Shown here one piece after another: positions 1-10,734 of a stretch of DNA of 64,000 nucleotides. Under the pieces are notes generated by a model. The model ran no database searches and had not been told where the DNA came from. It worked only from the letters and a program-made list of their open reading frames with translations. Numbering within the stretch: position 1 is the first letter of the stretch; each line of letters begins with the position of its first letter. Source of the stretch: Chloropicon primus (lineage: Eukaryota); assembly GCA_023205875.1 (NCBI GenBank), contig CP060754.1:1612001-1676000 (forward strand), given 5' to 3'. Position numbers and translations under genes: made by a program.

Positions 1-273
1 GTGCTGTTTTTGATCTGATGTCTGAACACTATAACAAGTGGGAACAATAACTTTGTAACTCGAGATCGATGCTTGAGAAGCATTGGGGCCAGGGCATCGA
101 GGAACCCTCCCGATGAGCTCAGCGCCAACATGCAAAGCAAGCCTTCCGCATTCATCCGTCATCCATTCATCATCATCATCATCATCATCATCGGCGGTTA
201 CCAAAGCAAAGCTCCTTCCCCCAGGGAAACGAGAAGGGGAGCAATTCAAATCAGAGACAGAGAGACAGAGAGA

Positions 274-861
274 ATGGGGGGAAACACGAACGCGAACGCG
301 GAGATGGGAGGGTCCTCGCCGTCCGGTGGAGGGAGGGTGGAGGTCGACGAGGCGAGCGTGGAACGCCTCGGGAACCAGATAAAGGATGTGATGCGCAAGG
401 CCATGAGGGACCTGATCGATGAGGAGGTGTCCAAGGGGGAGTACGACCACGTCCTCCGCCTGTGGAAGGAGGTCCGCGAGAGACTGATGAGGCTTTCTCA
501 GGGGTCGAAGGAGAGGGAAAAGACGAAAGCGGCGATAGACTGCGAGTACGCGGAGGAGCTCGTACGCGGAGGAGCCCTGGACAACACCATCCTTGCGGAC
601 ATGGTGCAGCTCGCCTCAAGGCGGATCGGGGAGCTCGGGGCGGTAGCTTACGAGAGGCAGGTTCTGAACTGGGGGGTAAAGCTTGCGGACGAGCTGCGGT
701 CATACACGGGGCAGGGCAACGGGGAGGGAGAGGCCCCAAGGTCTCCGGCGGAGCTGTTAGCCCACTTCTTCGACGAGTGCGACGTCCTGTTGACGAGGAT
801 AGAGGCCGGGGTCGCGGCCCACCTGCTCTGCCAGGCCCTCCTGTCCGGAATCAGGGCTTGA
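274..861 (+). CDS. T-complex 11 (TCP11/SOK1)-like helical domain protein, short
   Basis: First plausible ATG at 274 in the 73..861 ORF. QIKDVMRKAMRDLIDEEVSKGEYDHVLRLWKEVRERL...IDCEYAEELV resembles the TCP11 core. Confidence 0.5.
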   Translation: MGGNTNANAEMGGSSPSGGGRVEVDEASVERLGNQIKDVMRKAMRDLIDEEVSKGEYDHVLRLWKEVRERLMRLSQGSKEREKTKAAIDCEYAEELVRGGALDNTILADMVQLASRRIGELGAVAYERQVLNWGVKLADELRSYTGQGNGEGEAPRSPAELLAHFFDECDVLLTRIEAGVAAHLLCQALLSGIRA

Positions 862-986
862 AGGCGGGGATGTAGGAGCTCAAGACTTTTTTTAAAATTT
901 ATTTATTGTATTTCCCTCGACGAGGTGCGCGCGGGCCCACCAAGGGCTGAGAGCGCGAGGCACGAGAGGGTTCAGTTCAACTTGCT

Positions 987-1739
987 TCACTTGGCGAGGA
1001 GGGCGCAGTCTGGCCAAGGGAACCCCACCCTGGTGAGGGTCGCCTCCGCTTGCCTCATCATCTCTTTCGTCCCGACCGTCAAAAACCTCGCTTGTGGGTT
1101 CCCCTTCCAGCTCCCGAAGACGTCTTCCAGAACGCGGGCTTCGACTCGGCCCCTCAAGCACCCCTCCCTGTCTTCCCGGCTCAGTATCCTGGTCACCTTA
1201 AAGGCCTCGTGAGCCGCTTGAAGCTCGGCAATCTCGTCGTGCCAGAACATGTCGGCGTACGTCCGAGCCGCCCACAAGAGGTGGACTTCATGGACACCCT
1301 TCTGCAGCTCGGCCGCGGCAATCGGCAGGGCCTCCGTGATCCCAACGCCGAAGGCCACCAAGCCGACGTGGCTCCCCCCAGGGCGCCGCTCCTTCTTGCC
1401 CTTCGCGAAGACTTCGACCGTTTCGCCAACCTTGACGCTGTCCAAGTACCCGGAGCACTTCCCGCCGGGGTAGACCTTCACAGTGAGGTCGAACTCGCCT
1501 GGTCTCGCGGCGGACATGGAGTAACTCTTCGGCTTGTACCCAGGAATCAAGACCTTGACGACGTCCCCGCGGTCGATTCGGCAGCCCAGCGAGGGCATGG
1601 TCTTGTCCTGCCCGGGGTTCTCGAACGTGAGCGTGTAAACGGGCAGGGTCCACCGCGAGGCCCCTTCCTTGGGAACCTCTCCCGCCACAACGGTGACCTT
1701 CCTGATGAGCTTCGCGGACTCAGTCACCCACTGCTTCAT
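987..1739 (-). CDS. FAD/NAD(P)-binding oxidoreductase (FNR / cytochrome b5 reductase family)
   Basis: Motifs KSYS (RxYS-like), LTVKVYPGGKCSGYL, VAFGVGITE and TVGTKEM. First in-frame ATG at 1739; the true start is uncertain. Confidence 0.8.
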   Translation of the reverse strand: MKQWVTESAKLIRKVTVVAGEVPKEGASRWTLPVYTLTFENPGQDKTMPSLGCRIDRGDVVKVLIPGYKPKSYSMSAARPGEFDLTVKVYPGGKCSGYLDSVKVGETVEVFAKGKKERRPGGSHVGLVAFGVGITEALPIAAAELQKGVHEVHLLWAARTYADMFWHDEIAELQAAHEAFKVTRILSREDREGCLRGRVEARVLEDVFGSWKGNPQARFLTVGTKEMMRQAEATLTRVGFPWPDCALLAK

Positions 1740-2341
1740 CGCGGCCTCCCTCAGCCAGACCAGCCCCTCCCTTAGCCTGTCAATCGTGCTTTCGGAGGAG
1801 GTTTGAGCTCCAATCAATCCCAGCAGCAGCACTGGGGGGGGGGTCAATCCATCAAAACTTCTCGACCACAACCAAGGAGGAAAGAGGACAGACAAAGACT
1901 CGTTTGACCTTGCCAACTCGTTTGACCTTGGTCCCCTTGGTCCCCTTGGTCGCCAAGATAAGAAAAGATCCCAATGTCGACGCCGTTCTTGTCTCTTGGG
2001 TACTCAACCTCCCAATCGTCTTCGAGTTCCCCCGCGCGCAAGCCCCCCCACAGCGCCAATGATCGCTCGGCTTTGAGAGACCTCGAATGGAAGTCCTCGA
2101 AGAGTGTACCCGATGTACACCATTTACTGCATGTGCGCCGCCGGCGGCATTTTTTCGTGTTTCCACAGGATTTTTGTTCCTCAAGACGGGATCAGTACAG
2201 GGGGCCTCGGCAAACGAAGTCGAGGGCTGGAAAAGAGGGCGAGCGATCGAGAGAGAAGGCAGTTCGCGTGAAGGCGTTGGCGAAGCAAAACGAAGGCGAG
2301 AGAACGAGCACTGACTTTAGGAACACGAGACACGAGACAAC

Positions 2342-3487
2342 ATGGGACGTCGCGGACCAACCAAGCACTTGAAGAGAATCAATGCTCCAAAGCACTGGAT
2401 GCTTGACAAGCTCGGAGGCATCTTCGTAAGTCATTCGTTTCATTTTCTTTTCTTTGGGCTCTTGGTAGGAGCCTCCTCCCTTGGGGGCTTGGTCTTCCTC
2501 GGTCGTGCGTTCGTTGCCCCGCGTTGTCCCTGGAGGAAGAGACTCTTTTGGTCTCCTTCCCTCGGGGGATGCCGTGGAGGGGGCACGAGACACGGCGTCG
2601 CGGACACGACCCCCGTCTCGGGGTTTTGTGTTTTTGCAAGCGACCGGACCTCGCCGTCGCCCCCTCCGCGCCCCCGATGGAGAGTTCGGTCCGCACGAAG
2701 ACCGCAGCGCGTTTCGCGTTCCTTTGTTCTGACCGCTCTTCCCCGTTTGCCTCTTTTTTCTTTCTCTTTTGACAACGACAAACAACAGGCCCCCAAGCCA
2801 TCTCCAGGCCCACACAAGACCAGGGAGTGCCTTCCACTCATCCTGATCTTGCGTAACAGGCTGAAGTACGCCCTTACCGGTCGCGAGGCCAAGGCCATCC
2901 TCATGGAGAGGTTCGTCAAGGTCGACGGAAAGGTTCGCACGGACGTGTGCTACCCAACCGGTTTCATGGACGTCATCTCCCTGGAGAAGTCCGACGAGTA
3001 CTTCCGTATTCTTTACGACAGCAAGGGAAGGATGACCGTGCACCGCATTAGCGCTGAGGAGGCCTCCTACAAGCTCTGCAAGGTCAAGGACATCAAGTTG
3101 GGAGAGAAGGCCATCCCAACCTTGACCACCCACGACGGCAGGACCTTGAGGTACCCTGACCCACTCGTCAAGATCAACGACTCCATCTTGTTCGACATTG
3201 AGTCCGGCAAGATGAAGGACTTCATCAAGTTCGACAACGGAAACGTCGCCATGGTCACCGGAGGCCATAACGCCGGCAGAGTCGGAGTCATCTTGAACAA
3301 GGAGAAGCACAAGGGGTCCAACGATATCGTCCACATCAAGGACGCCGCTGGTAACACCTTCGCCACCAGGGCCCAGAACGTCTTCGTCATCGGAAAGGGC
3401 AACAAGCCTCTTGTTTCCCTCGCCAAGGGCAAGGGTATCAAGCTCACCGTCTTGCAGGAGCAGCAGAAGGCTTATGAAGACGCTTAA
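2342..3487 (+). CDS. RPS4: 40S ribosomal protein S4 (eS4); intron 2426-2788
   Basis: [45 protein letters not shown]; the GTAAGT donor and ACAG acceptor restore the canonical sequence. Confidence 0.98.
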   Translation: MGRRGPTKHLKRINAPKHWMLDKLGGIFVSHSFHFLFFGLLVGASSLGGLVFLGRAFVAPRCPWRKRLFWSPSLGGCRGGGTRHGVADTTPVSGFCVFASDRTSPSPPPRPRWRVRSARRPQRVSRSFVLTALPRLPLFSFSFDNDKQQAPKPSPGPHKTRECLPLILILRNRLKYALTGREAKAILMERFVKVDGKVRTDVCYPTGFMDVISLEKSDEYFRILYDSKGRMTVHRISAEEASYKLCKVKDIKLGEKAIPTLTTHDGRTLRYPDPLVKINDSILFDIESGKMKDFIKFDNGNVAMVTGGHNAGRVGVILNKEKHKGSNDIVHIKDAAGNTFATRAQNVFVIGKGNKPLVSLAKGKGIKLTVLQEQQKAYEDA

Positions 3488-3949
3488 GCAAAAACTAAAA
3501 ACCAATATAAAGAGACACCTCGGTCTCGCGTACATAGTATTATACTAGCCCCTAAATCCCCAGTAGTCCACACAGCAAACCTTGACGCACGACGCTCCCT
3601 CCCCTCTCTCCCTTCATCTCCCTCCCTCTCTCCCTCCCCCCCGGCTGAGTCAGCAGTGGATCTCTTCTTTTTTTGATGACCCAGCGCTCAGACCGCGCGC
3701 GCGCCACGAGGAGACCGAAGACGACGAGGGCGACGAGGGCGACGAGGGCGAGGGCGACGAGGGAAGGAGGTGCGCACCACGCCGCCGCGACGAGACCGCT
3801 CGCGTCGAGGACGAGGGGGAAGGGGAAAGGGAGCGGACTGACCGCGCGAGTCGCGAATTCGTTTCGCATCTCTGAGAGAGCATCTCTCGAGGGGAGTTTT
3901 CGTTTGTTGGCTGTTTGTGGTTGAGGCGCTTGCTTGAGGGCGTCTCGTC

Positions 3950-4728
3950 ATGTCCGGGGGGAGCGTTGGGATGGTGAGGAGGTGTGGGCCGCGTCTGTTG
4001 GGGAGCACGAGCACGAGCGGGAGGAAGGGGGTCGTTCCGGAGAGGAGGGTCCCCTTCCCATTCGTCAGGGCCCCCCTCGTCGTGCTCGCCACGGTGGACA
4101 GCTCCAACTTGGGCTCGAGGTTCGGCAAGCTTGGGCTGGGCTCCGTGTTCGACGACGGCCTGGTCACGCCCGTGCTGGGCGGGGACCAAGTCCCCTCCAA
4201 GCAGGAGGTTTCCGCAAAGCCAGAGGAGTCAAACCCACCAAAGGAGGAGGGGGAGGAGGTCCCGCTGGCGACCCTGGAGCAGATGAGAAAGTTCTCGGAG
4301 AGGTACGCGAAGAACTCCAAAACGTATTTCTGCTCCGACCCCGGGGTGACCGCGGTGGTCATCAAGGGACTGGCCGAGCACAAGGAGGCCTACGGCGCGC
4401 CGTTGTGTCCCTGCAGACACTACGACGACAAGGAGGCCGAGGTCGCTCAGGTAAGTTGTTCGAGTGGTTCGAGTCCACGCCGCCGCACTTACGCACGCAC
4501 GCGCGCGCACACACACACGTGATTTCCGTGCTTCGTTCCTCTGACTCCAATTTGCTTTCGTTTTTGGGACAACAACAGGGGTTCTGGAACTGCCCGTGCG
4601 TCCCCATGAGGGAGAGGAACGAGTGCCACTGCATGCTTTTCTTGACGGAGGACAACCCATTCCGCGCCGAGGACGCGGAGATAGGCCTGCAGGAAATCGT
4701 GGACCTCACGGATAACCCCGGGCACTAG
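3950..4728 (+). CDS. FTRC: Ferredoxin-thioredoxin reductase catalytic subunit, plastid; intron 4451-4578
   Basis: YFCSD, LCPCRHY, GFWNCPCVPMRERNECHCMLF (CPC/CPC/CHC Fe-S and disulfide motifs); transit-peptide-like N-terminus; GTAAGT...ACAG intron. Confidence 0.95.
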
Positions 4729-4851
4729 TCGTCGTCGTCGTCGGGTAAATGACGTTGTCTGGCTCTCTCTTTCGGCCTAGAACCTGTGTAACAAGAACAT
4801 GTCAAAGCGACCGCTGGCACCTAGTCTGTAACAAGAACACATTCATTCCAT

Positions 4852-5238
4852 TTATTTTGGCTGCTTCTCGCCTTTCTTCGAACCTCCCTTGGCCTTCTTC
4901 TTGGCTTGCTTCGTCTTCTTCTCCTTGGCAATTTTTGCATTCACTTTTCCTATAGAACAAGGCTTCTTCTTCTTCGCCCCCTTGGCCTTGGCCTCCTCGC
5001 TCGGCCTTCCGCGAGCCCCACCCTTCCCCTTCGCACCGACGCCCTTCGACCCACCACCGCCGTTCCCCGGCTTGGGCTCGGGAATGCCTCTCGCGCTCGG
5101 CCTGGCCTTCCCAGCACCAGTCCCGTCGCTCTCGCTCTCGCTCTCACTCGACGAGGACGTGGAGGAATAGGACGAGGACGTGTCGTCGTCATCCGAGTTT
5201 CCCGTATGAAATCGAAAGTAGTCCACCCTCTTGTACAT
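4852..5238 (-). CDS. Hypothetical small protein, acidic Ser-rich N-half and Lys-rich C-half
   Basis: ATG at 5238 preceded by a TTGCAG acceptor-like site. 128-aa low-complexity ORF with no recognised domain. Confidence 0.4.
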   Translation of the reverse strand: MYKRVDYFRFHTGNSDDDDTSSSYSSTSSSSESESESDGTGAGKARPSARGIPEPKPGNGGGGSKGVGAKGKGGARGRPSEEAKAKGAKKKKPCSIGKVNAKIAKEKKTKQAKKKAKGGSKKGEKQPK

Positions 5239-5257
5239 CTCTCCTCCTGCAACGCAA

Positions 5258-5294
<37 letters not shown>

Positions 5295-5347
5295 TCCGCT
5301 TCTAGTTTCTCTCCTCCTCGGTCAAGTCTGCAGACCCAAGGGAGACA

Positions 5348-5379
<32 letters not shown>

Positions 5380-5490
5380 AGGGGGAGGACGAGAGGAGGG
5401 GAGAGTGGGCGTGGGCGTTGAGGTCACCTTGATCTCTCTTGCTTTTGTCTCGATTCTCTCTGATTTGCTTTGCTCCGGTTTGGTTTGGGG

Positions 5491-6366
5491 ATGATGGGGT
5501 TGGGGATGATGGGGGGTTTGGATAAGGTTGGTGATGTGAGGTTGAAGTGTCCGGGTTCAAGGGACAAAGGACGGGACCGAAGATCTCCTCCTCCTTGCCG
5601 CAAGCCATGTCCAGGGTGGGAGAAGGGAGGGAGGAGGCTGACGAAAGCGAGGGGGACTGCGGGGATACACGTCTTCGAGACGATTCCGTTGTCGCCTCCA
5701 GGGGCCTTTGGGTCCTTTCACGAGGGGCTCTTGCACGGCCTCGAGGTGGAGCGGCTTCAGGAGGGGTTCCTAGGTGCGGTGACGCTTCGCAGCGTGGGAT
5801 CGTTCGAGGCGGAGGCGAATGGGGTAGAGGAGGAGCCTCCGTTTAGCTACGTGAACATTTCCGCGTGGGAGGGGGAGGAGGACCACGAAGTGTTCTTCTC
5901 CACCAAGGAGGACCTTGACTTCGCGTATGAGATGGCTCACGGGCACGAGCAGGTGAGGCACCACATGGTGTCTCCGGGGGAGCCGCGGGGCGGGAAATCG
6001 CCCCTCGAGGCGCTCAAGCGGGGCGAACTTCTCGGGCTGGAAGACTACCTGTTCATCGGATGCGTCTTGGGGGAGCAAGACGCCGGCACGGAGGCCCTCG
6101 AAAGGCACGCCACCTTCAAGTTTGCCTCCGTGTTCGAGAACACGTCGCCGGGCGCGTTCGGGAGGGTTGTGTGGGCCAACCTCGGGGAGCAGGCGCCGAG
6201 CAAGGACTTCGTGGAGGCGTGGAACGACGACGGACGGGGGGAGGGGAACGCCTACAAAGTGTTCTACAGCTTTTCAAAGGACCAGCCGATCGGGATTTCG
6301 GCGGCTTTGCAGGACAAGCGGCGGGCGGACGAGGCCATGGCGGCCGACCAGCCCGCGGAGGCGTGA
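5491..6366 (+). CDS. Putative organelle-targeted protein with ABM-like (dimeric alpha-beta barrel) domain
   Basis: QEGFLGAVTLRS...SYVNISAWEGEEDH resembles the antibiotic-biosynthesis-monooxygenase fold; basic N-terminal extension; start uncertain. Confidence 0.5.
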   Translation: MMGLGMMGGLDKVGDVRLKCPGSRDKGRDRRSPPPCRKPCPGWEKGGRRLTKARGTAGIHVFETIPLSPPGAFGSFHEGLLHGLEVERLQEGFLGAVTLRSVGSFEAEANGVEEEPPFSYVNISAWEGEEDHEVFFSTKEDLDFAYEMAHGHEQVRHHMVSPGEPRGGKSPLEALKRGELLGLEDYLFIGCVLGEQDAGTEALERHATFKFASVFENTSPGAFGRVVWANLGEQAPSKDFVEAWNDDGRGEGNAYKVFYSFSKDQPIGISAALQDKRRADEAMAADQPAEA

Positions 6367-6475
6367 GTGGAGCGGTAACGACGAGTGTTTTTGGACGCTT
6401 CACGGCGTTTTGATGATGATGCTACATTCTTGGTGTGATACTAGGGGTTTACTTTTTCGCTGAGTCTGCTCGTGC

Positions 6476-7153
6476 TCAGAAGTGGAAGGTCATGGATGGG
6501 CCGAGTGCAGCGCCTTTCCTGGGGCCCAGAATCCTGCAGGCCACGGCCACGACGAGGCCGACGGCGAGCCCGTAGAGAGCGGCCACGGGCCTCTTCCTTT
6601 CGGACGCCTTGCCACCCTCGCTCGCCTTTTCCAGACCCAACAACTTGGTGACCTTGGAGCTGGTCACCTCCCTCGACATGCTCCTGCGCCTCGCCTCCAC
6701 GGCCTGCTTCCCCGTCTCGAACACCGGTGCCACGATGCCTTTCTCCTGGCAGCTCAGCGACAGGCTCCTGATGGTCCGGCAGACCCTCAGCAGGTTTCCG
6801 CCCTCCGTCGTCACGTCGCTCGCGTTGAAGAGCTGAGTGTCTTTGAGGCCCAGAGACCGGCACGTTTTCAAGAAGTATTCAATGTCCAAGACCCCGGCGA
6901 ACCCCTTCCTCTCCCCCGTCAGGTCCTCCACCGAGAAGGGTGCCGCAACCTCCTTCGATTTACCACTCCCAACCACCGCCTTTATCTCCACGGAGAGTGC
7001 CACTCGCTTCAGCACCTTTCCATTGCGAAGCAAGTCCCCCAAGGCCAAGTTGAGATCTGCCAAGTTTTGTTTGGTCAATCCGCCCAGCCACACCAGCGTC
7101 CTCTCCGCGAGGTACTTTTCCTCCACCCTCTTCGCCTTCGACGGGGACGCCAT
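6476..7153 (-). CDS. Calponin-homology (CH) domain protein with C-terminal transmembrane segment
   Basis: LGDLLRNGKVL...IEYFLKTCRSLGLKDTQLFNASDV...NLLRVCRTIRSL is a CH signature; hydrophobic tail VAALYGLAVGLVVAVAC. Confidence 0.8.
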   Translation of the reverse strand: MASPSKAKRVEEKYLAERTLVWLGGLTKQNLADLNLALGDLLRNGKVLKRVALSVEIKAVVGSGKSKEVAAPFSVEDLTGERKGFAGVLDIEYFLKTCRSLGLKDTQLFNASDVTTEGGNLLRVCRTIRSLSLSCQEKGIVAPVFETGKQAVEARRRSMSREVTSSKVTKLLGLEKASEGGKASERKRPVAALYGLAVGLVVAVACRILGPRKGAALGPSMTFHF

Positions 7154-7198
7154 ACTCTCGGAGCACCAGCCCAGCCCTGTCAAGTCCTTTTCTTCACA

Positions 7199-7246
<48 letters not shown>

Positions 7247-7641
7247 AAGGGTGAGAGGGACAAACAATGGAAGCTTTCTTGCTCTCAACGGACCCCTTGC
7301 CTGGCCCTTGCCCAGGCACCAGCACCCCGCACCCCCGACTCAGCTGTCACACAAAACTCTGCAGAGTTTGTGTCCTCTTGTCCATGGGATGAGGTATATG
7401 GAGAATTAACGTCACTCGCAAGGAGACATTTTTCAAAAATCGAGAGAGAGAGAGAGAGAGAGAGAGAAGGGAAGGGAAGGTGTTTGTGTTTGTGTTTGTG
7501 TTTTGTTTGCAGCGGTGTTGTGTGTCTTGGTGGACGAGAGAGCAGTGGGAGAGGGGAAGGGTGGACCGTGCCGAGGCGTTGGCGTATTGAGATCCGTGAG
7601 GGAGAAGGAGAGAGGGAGGGAGGAGAAGGAGTCGTGTAGTG

Positions 7642-8562
7642 ATGAAGGTACCCGAGCAAGTGATCGTGCACCCCTTGGTGCTCCTGTCGGTGGTGGACAA
7701 CTACAACAGGGTGGCCCAGAACACGAGGAAGAGGGTCGTGGGCGTGCTGCTGGGTGAGGTGAAAAAGGGCGTGGTGCACGTGACGAACTCGTACGCCGTG
7801 CCTTTCGAGGAGGACGAGAACGACGGCGGGATCTGGTTCATGGACTACACGTACCACGAGAATATGTACGCCATGTTCAGGAAGATCAACGCCAGGGAGG
7901 TCGTCGTGGGGTGGTACAGCACGGGGCCGAGGCTCAGGGATGCCGATCTGGAGATAAATCAGCTGATGACCAAGTACTGCAAGCAGCCTCTCCTCGTGAT
8001 CGTGGACGTGAAGCCCAAGGGCGACGGCATCCCGATCAAGGCGTACTGCGCCGTGGACGAGGTCAAGGAGGACGGGACAGAGAGGGCGAAGAAGATATTC
8101 GTCCACATCGCTTCGGAGGTGGGCGCCCACGAGGCAGAGGAGATCGGGGTAGAGCACCTGCTTAGGGACGTGAAGGACGCTACCATATCTACCCTCTCCA
8201 CGGAGGTCTCCAATAGACTCTCCGCGTTGGGGGACTTGGGTAAGTATCTCGAGGACATCAAGTGCTACTTGGGGATGGTGATCGAGGGGAAGCTGCCGAT
8301 CAACCACGAGATCATGTACAACCTGCAGGAGGCCTTCAACCTCATGCCAAACCTGAACGTCGAGGAGGTCGACAAGGCCTTCGCCGTGAAGACGAACGAC
8401 ATGATGATGGCCATGTACATCGCTTCCCTCGTCAGGTCCGTCATAGCGCTGCACAACCTGATCAACAACAAGGAGGGGAGGATGAGCGCGAGCAACGCTG
8501 CGTCTGACGCCAAGCCTAAGCGGACGGAACCCGCAAAGAAGGTCGAGGAGACGAAGGCTTGA
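7642..8562 (+). CDS. RPN8: 26S proteasome regulatory subunit RPN8/PSMD7 (MPN domain)
   Basis: [57 protein letters not shown]. Confidence 0.97.
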   Translation: MKVPEQVIVHPLVLLSVVDNYNRVAQNTRKRVVGVLLGEVKKGVVHVTNSYAVPFEEDENDGGIWFMDYTYHENMYAMFRKINAREVVVGWYSTGPRLRDADLEINQLMTKYCKQPLLVIVDVKPKGDGIPIKAYCAVDEVKEDGTERAKKIFVHIASEVGAHEAEEIGVEHLLRDVKDATISTLSTEVSNRLSALGDLGKYLEDIKCYLGMVIEGKLPINHEIMYNLQEAFNLMPNLNVEEVDKAFAVKTNDMMMAMYIASLVRSVIALHNLINNKEGRMSASNAASDAKPKRTEPAKKVEETKA

Positions 8563-8666
8563 AAAAAATAAAAATTCTCTCTTTTGTTTTGATATTCTTA
8601 ACTAAAATATGTAACATGCGACCCCAACACAACGAACTCCCCCCGAGCCCGATGCATGCAATGGGC

Positions 8667-10526
8667 TCACTTGCCTATGCAGAACTGGCTGAAGATGCTG
8701 TTGAGCACGTCTTCCGTCACGTCCGACCCGGTGAGCTCGTTGAGCGCCTGCAAGGCCCCCCGAAGGTGCACAGCACAGCAGTCCACTGGCCAGCCCTCCT
8801 CCACCGTCGTGATGAGCTCTTCGAGCCTGTCGCTGCAGACCTGCAAGCACGAGGCTTGCCTCGCGTTGAGCTGCCAGACGCTGCTCGAGTAGCCCTCCCC
8901 GCCCTGGAGGCCCACTGTGCGCATCACTTGCTCTTGGATCTCAGAAATACCCTCCCCGGTTATCGCGGACGTGAAGATCTTGGGAACCCCCGACGTGTTC
9001 AGCTCCTCCATACGAGTCGCGACGTGGTCAGGGACGGCGGACAGCAACTCTTCCATCGTTTTGTTCGACCTGTCGATGACGTCGACCTGGTTGAACACGA
9101 GGAGGAGGGGTGGCATCCTGCCGCGGTAGCCAGAATCTCCGGAGGAGACCAGGGACTCCATGATCAGGGTTTCCCTCTCGCTCCAACCCTCCTGGGAGTT
9201 GACAACCATGAGGACTACGTCAGCTGACCTTGCTGCCGCCGCAGAACGCTTCACCCCGATCTCCTCCACGATGTCAGAGACGTCCTCCCTTATCCCAGCC
9301 GTATCGAGCAGCTTGGCTGGCACTCCGCATAAATCCGTGGAGGCCTCCACGATGTCCCTCGTGGTTCCGGCGATCTCCGTCACGATCGCCCGATCAGCCC
9401 CGGAGAGCGCGTTGAGGAGCGAGCTCTTGCCGACGTTCGGCGCCCCGATCAAGGCTACCGTCAGCCCGTTCTCGAGGTACTTTCCTTTCTTCGCCGTCCC
9501 CAGGGCTTTCTTCGCACTCGCCTGGAGGTCCTTGCACATGCCAAGAATCTCGTCGTAGTTCAGGGGCTCCAGCTCGTCCTCGTAATCGATGTGGGCATCC
9601 ACCCTCGCGAGCAGGGCGATGCAATCCATCCTCATGATCTCCACCAAGTCCCTCAGCCCCCCGTCCAGCCCCGCGAGGGCGGCGTCCGCGGCCTCCACCG
9701 TCCTCGCATTGATCACGCCTGCGACCGCCTCCGCCTGGGTCAGGTCCAGCCGGCCGTTCATGAAGGCCCTGTAGGTGAACTCCCCTGGCTTGGCGACCCG
9801 AGCCCCCCACGCGACGCAGCAGTCCAGAACCCTCCTCGTGCAAATGCTCCCTCCGTGCGTTTGAAACTCCACGACGTCCTCCGCCGTGTACGAGCGCCTC
9901 CCGAGCATCGGTATCGCGAGAGCCTCGTCCACGACCACGTTCTTCGTCCCCGCCTTCTCCGCCCCTGCCTCGGCCACCTGGACCGTCTCCACCAGGTTGC
10001 CGTGGTACACCCTGTGGCTACTCGGCTCCCAGCCCGCGTTCCTCTCGAGGGCACTCCGTCCGTCGGCACTCGATCCGCCGGACTTGCTCGTTCGGATGAA
10101 CACGGACTTGAGAATGCTCACGGCGTCGGCGCCAGACACCCTGACAATCCCCACCGAGCAGTTCGGTCCACCAGACACGATGGCCGCGATGGTATCCTCC
10201 CCATCGGACGCCTCAAGCCTCTGCGCCTCCTCCGCATGGGACGAGAAACACATCGACGAGGACGTGGAGGAGGCGGAAGAGGACGTGGACGCCCCCTCGC
10301 TCGACGCGAGCAAGGCCGTCCTCCCTCGCCCTCCGGCCCAACACTGGTGGGATTCCCATTCCACTTCCCTTCTCGTCGCCACCACCTCGCGCCCTCTCCC
10401 AAGGCTTGCAGCACGACGGCTCGATGCAAAGGCAACGACCGCAGGGGATGACCCGCCTCTCCCGAGGTCCCCCCTCACGAGTCGCGTCCCAGCCTTCGCC
10501 ATCGCCAGCACAGCCGAGCGGCGCAT
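8667..10526 (-). CDS. mnmE: tRNA modification GTPase MnmE/TrmE, organellar
   Basis: DTIAAI, SYTAEDVVEFQTHG, PGEFTYRAFMNGRLDLTQAE, GAPNVGKSS, GTTRD, DTAG, C-terminal FCIGK. Confidence 0.96.
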   Translation of the reverse strand: MRRSAVLAMAKAGTRLVRGDLGRGGSSPAVVAFASSRRAASLGRGREVVATRREVEWESHQCWAGGRGRTALLASSEGASTSSSASSTSSSMCFSSHAEEAQRLEASDGEDTIAAIVSGGPNCSVGIVRVSGADAVSILKSVFIRTSKSGGSSADGRSALERNAGWEPSSHRVYHGNLVETVQVAEAGAEKAGTKNVVVDEALAIPMLGRRSYTAEDVVEFQTHGGSICTRRVLDCCVAWGARVAKPGEFTYRAFMNGRLDLTQAEAVAGVINARTVEAADAALAGLDGGLRDLVEIMRMDCIALLARVDAHIDYEDELEPLNYDEILGMCKDLQASAKKALGTAKKGKYLENGLTVALIGAPNVGKSSLLNALSGADRAIVTEIAGTTRDIVEASTDLCGVPAKLLDTAGIREDVSDIVEEIGVKRSAAAARSADVVLMVVNSQEGWSERETLIMESLVSSGDSGYRGRMPPLLLVFNQVDVIDRSNKTMEELLSAVPDHVATRMEELNTSGVPKIFTSAITGEGISEIQEQVMRTVGLQGGEGYSSSVWQLNARQASCLQVCSDRLEELITTVEEGWPVDCCAVHLRGALQALNELTGSDVTEDVLNSIFSQFCIGK

Positions 10527-10734
10527 GCCTTCACTGCTTCCTCCTCGTGAGCTCAAAAGTGGATAAGGGCGGATCTCGGGACAAAGACAACGTTTGGTTG
10601 GGACGCGTTTCACGGCAAGGGGCGACGAATCGGGGGTGTGGAGCAAGGTCTTGCGAAACTACGTCTCGAGGGCTTCGCGTCAAGCGTTTGATGGAAGCGT
10701 TTGGCGTCCATTTGGCCTGGTGACGACGGGTTTG

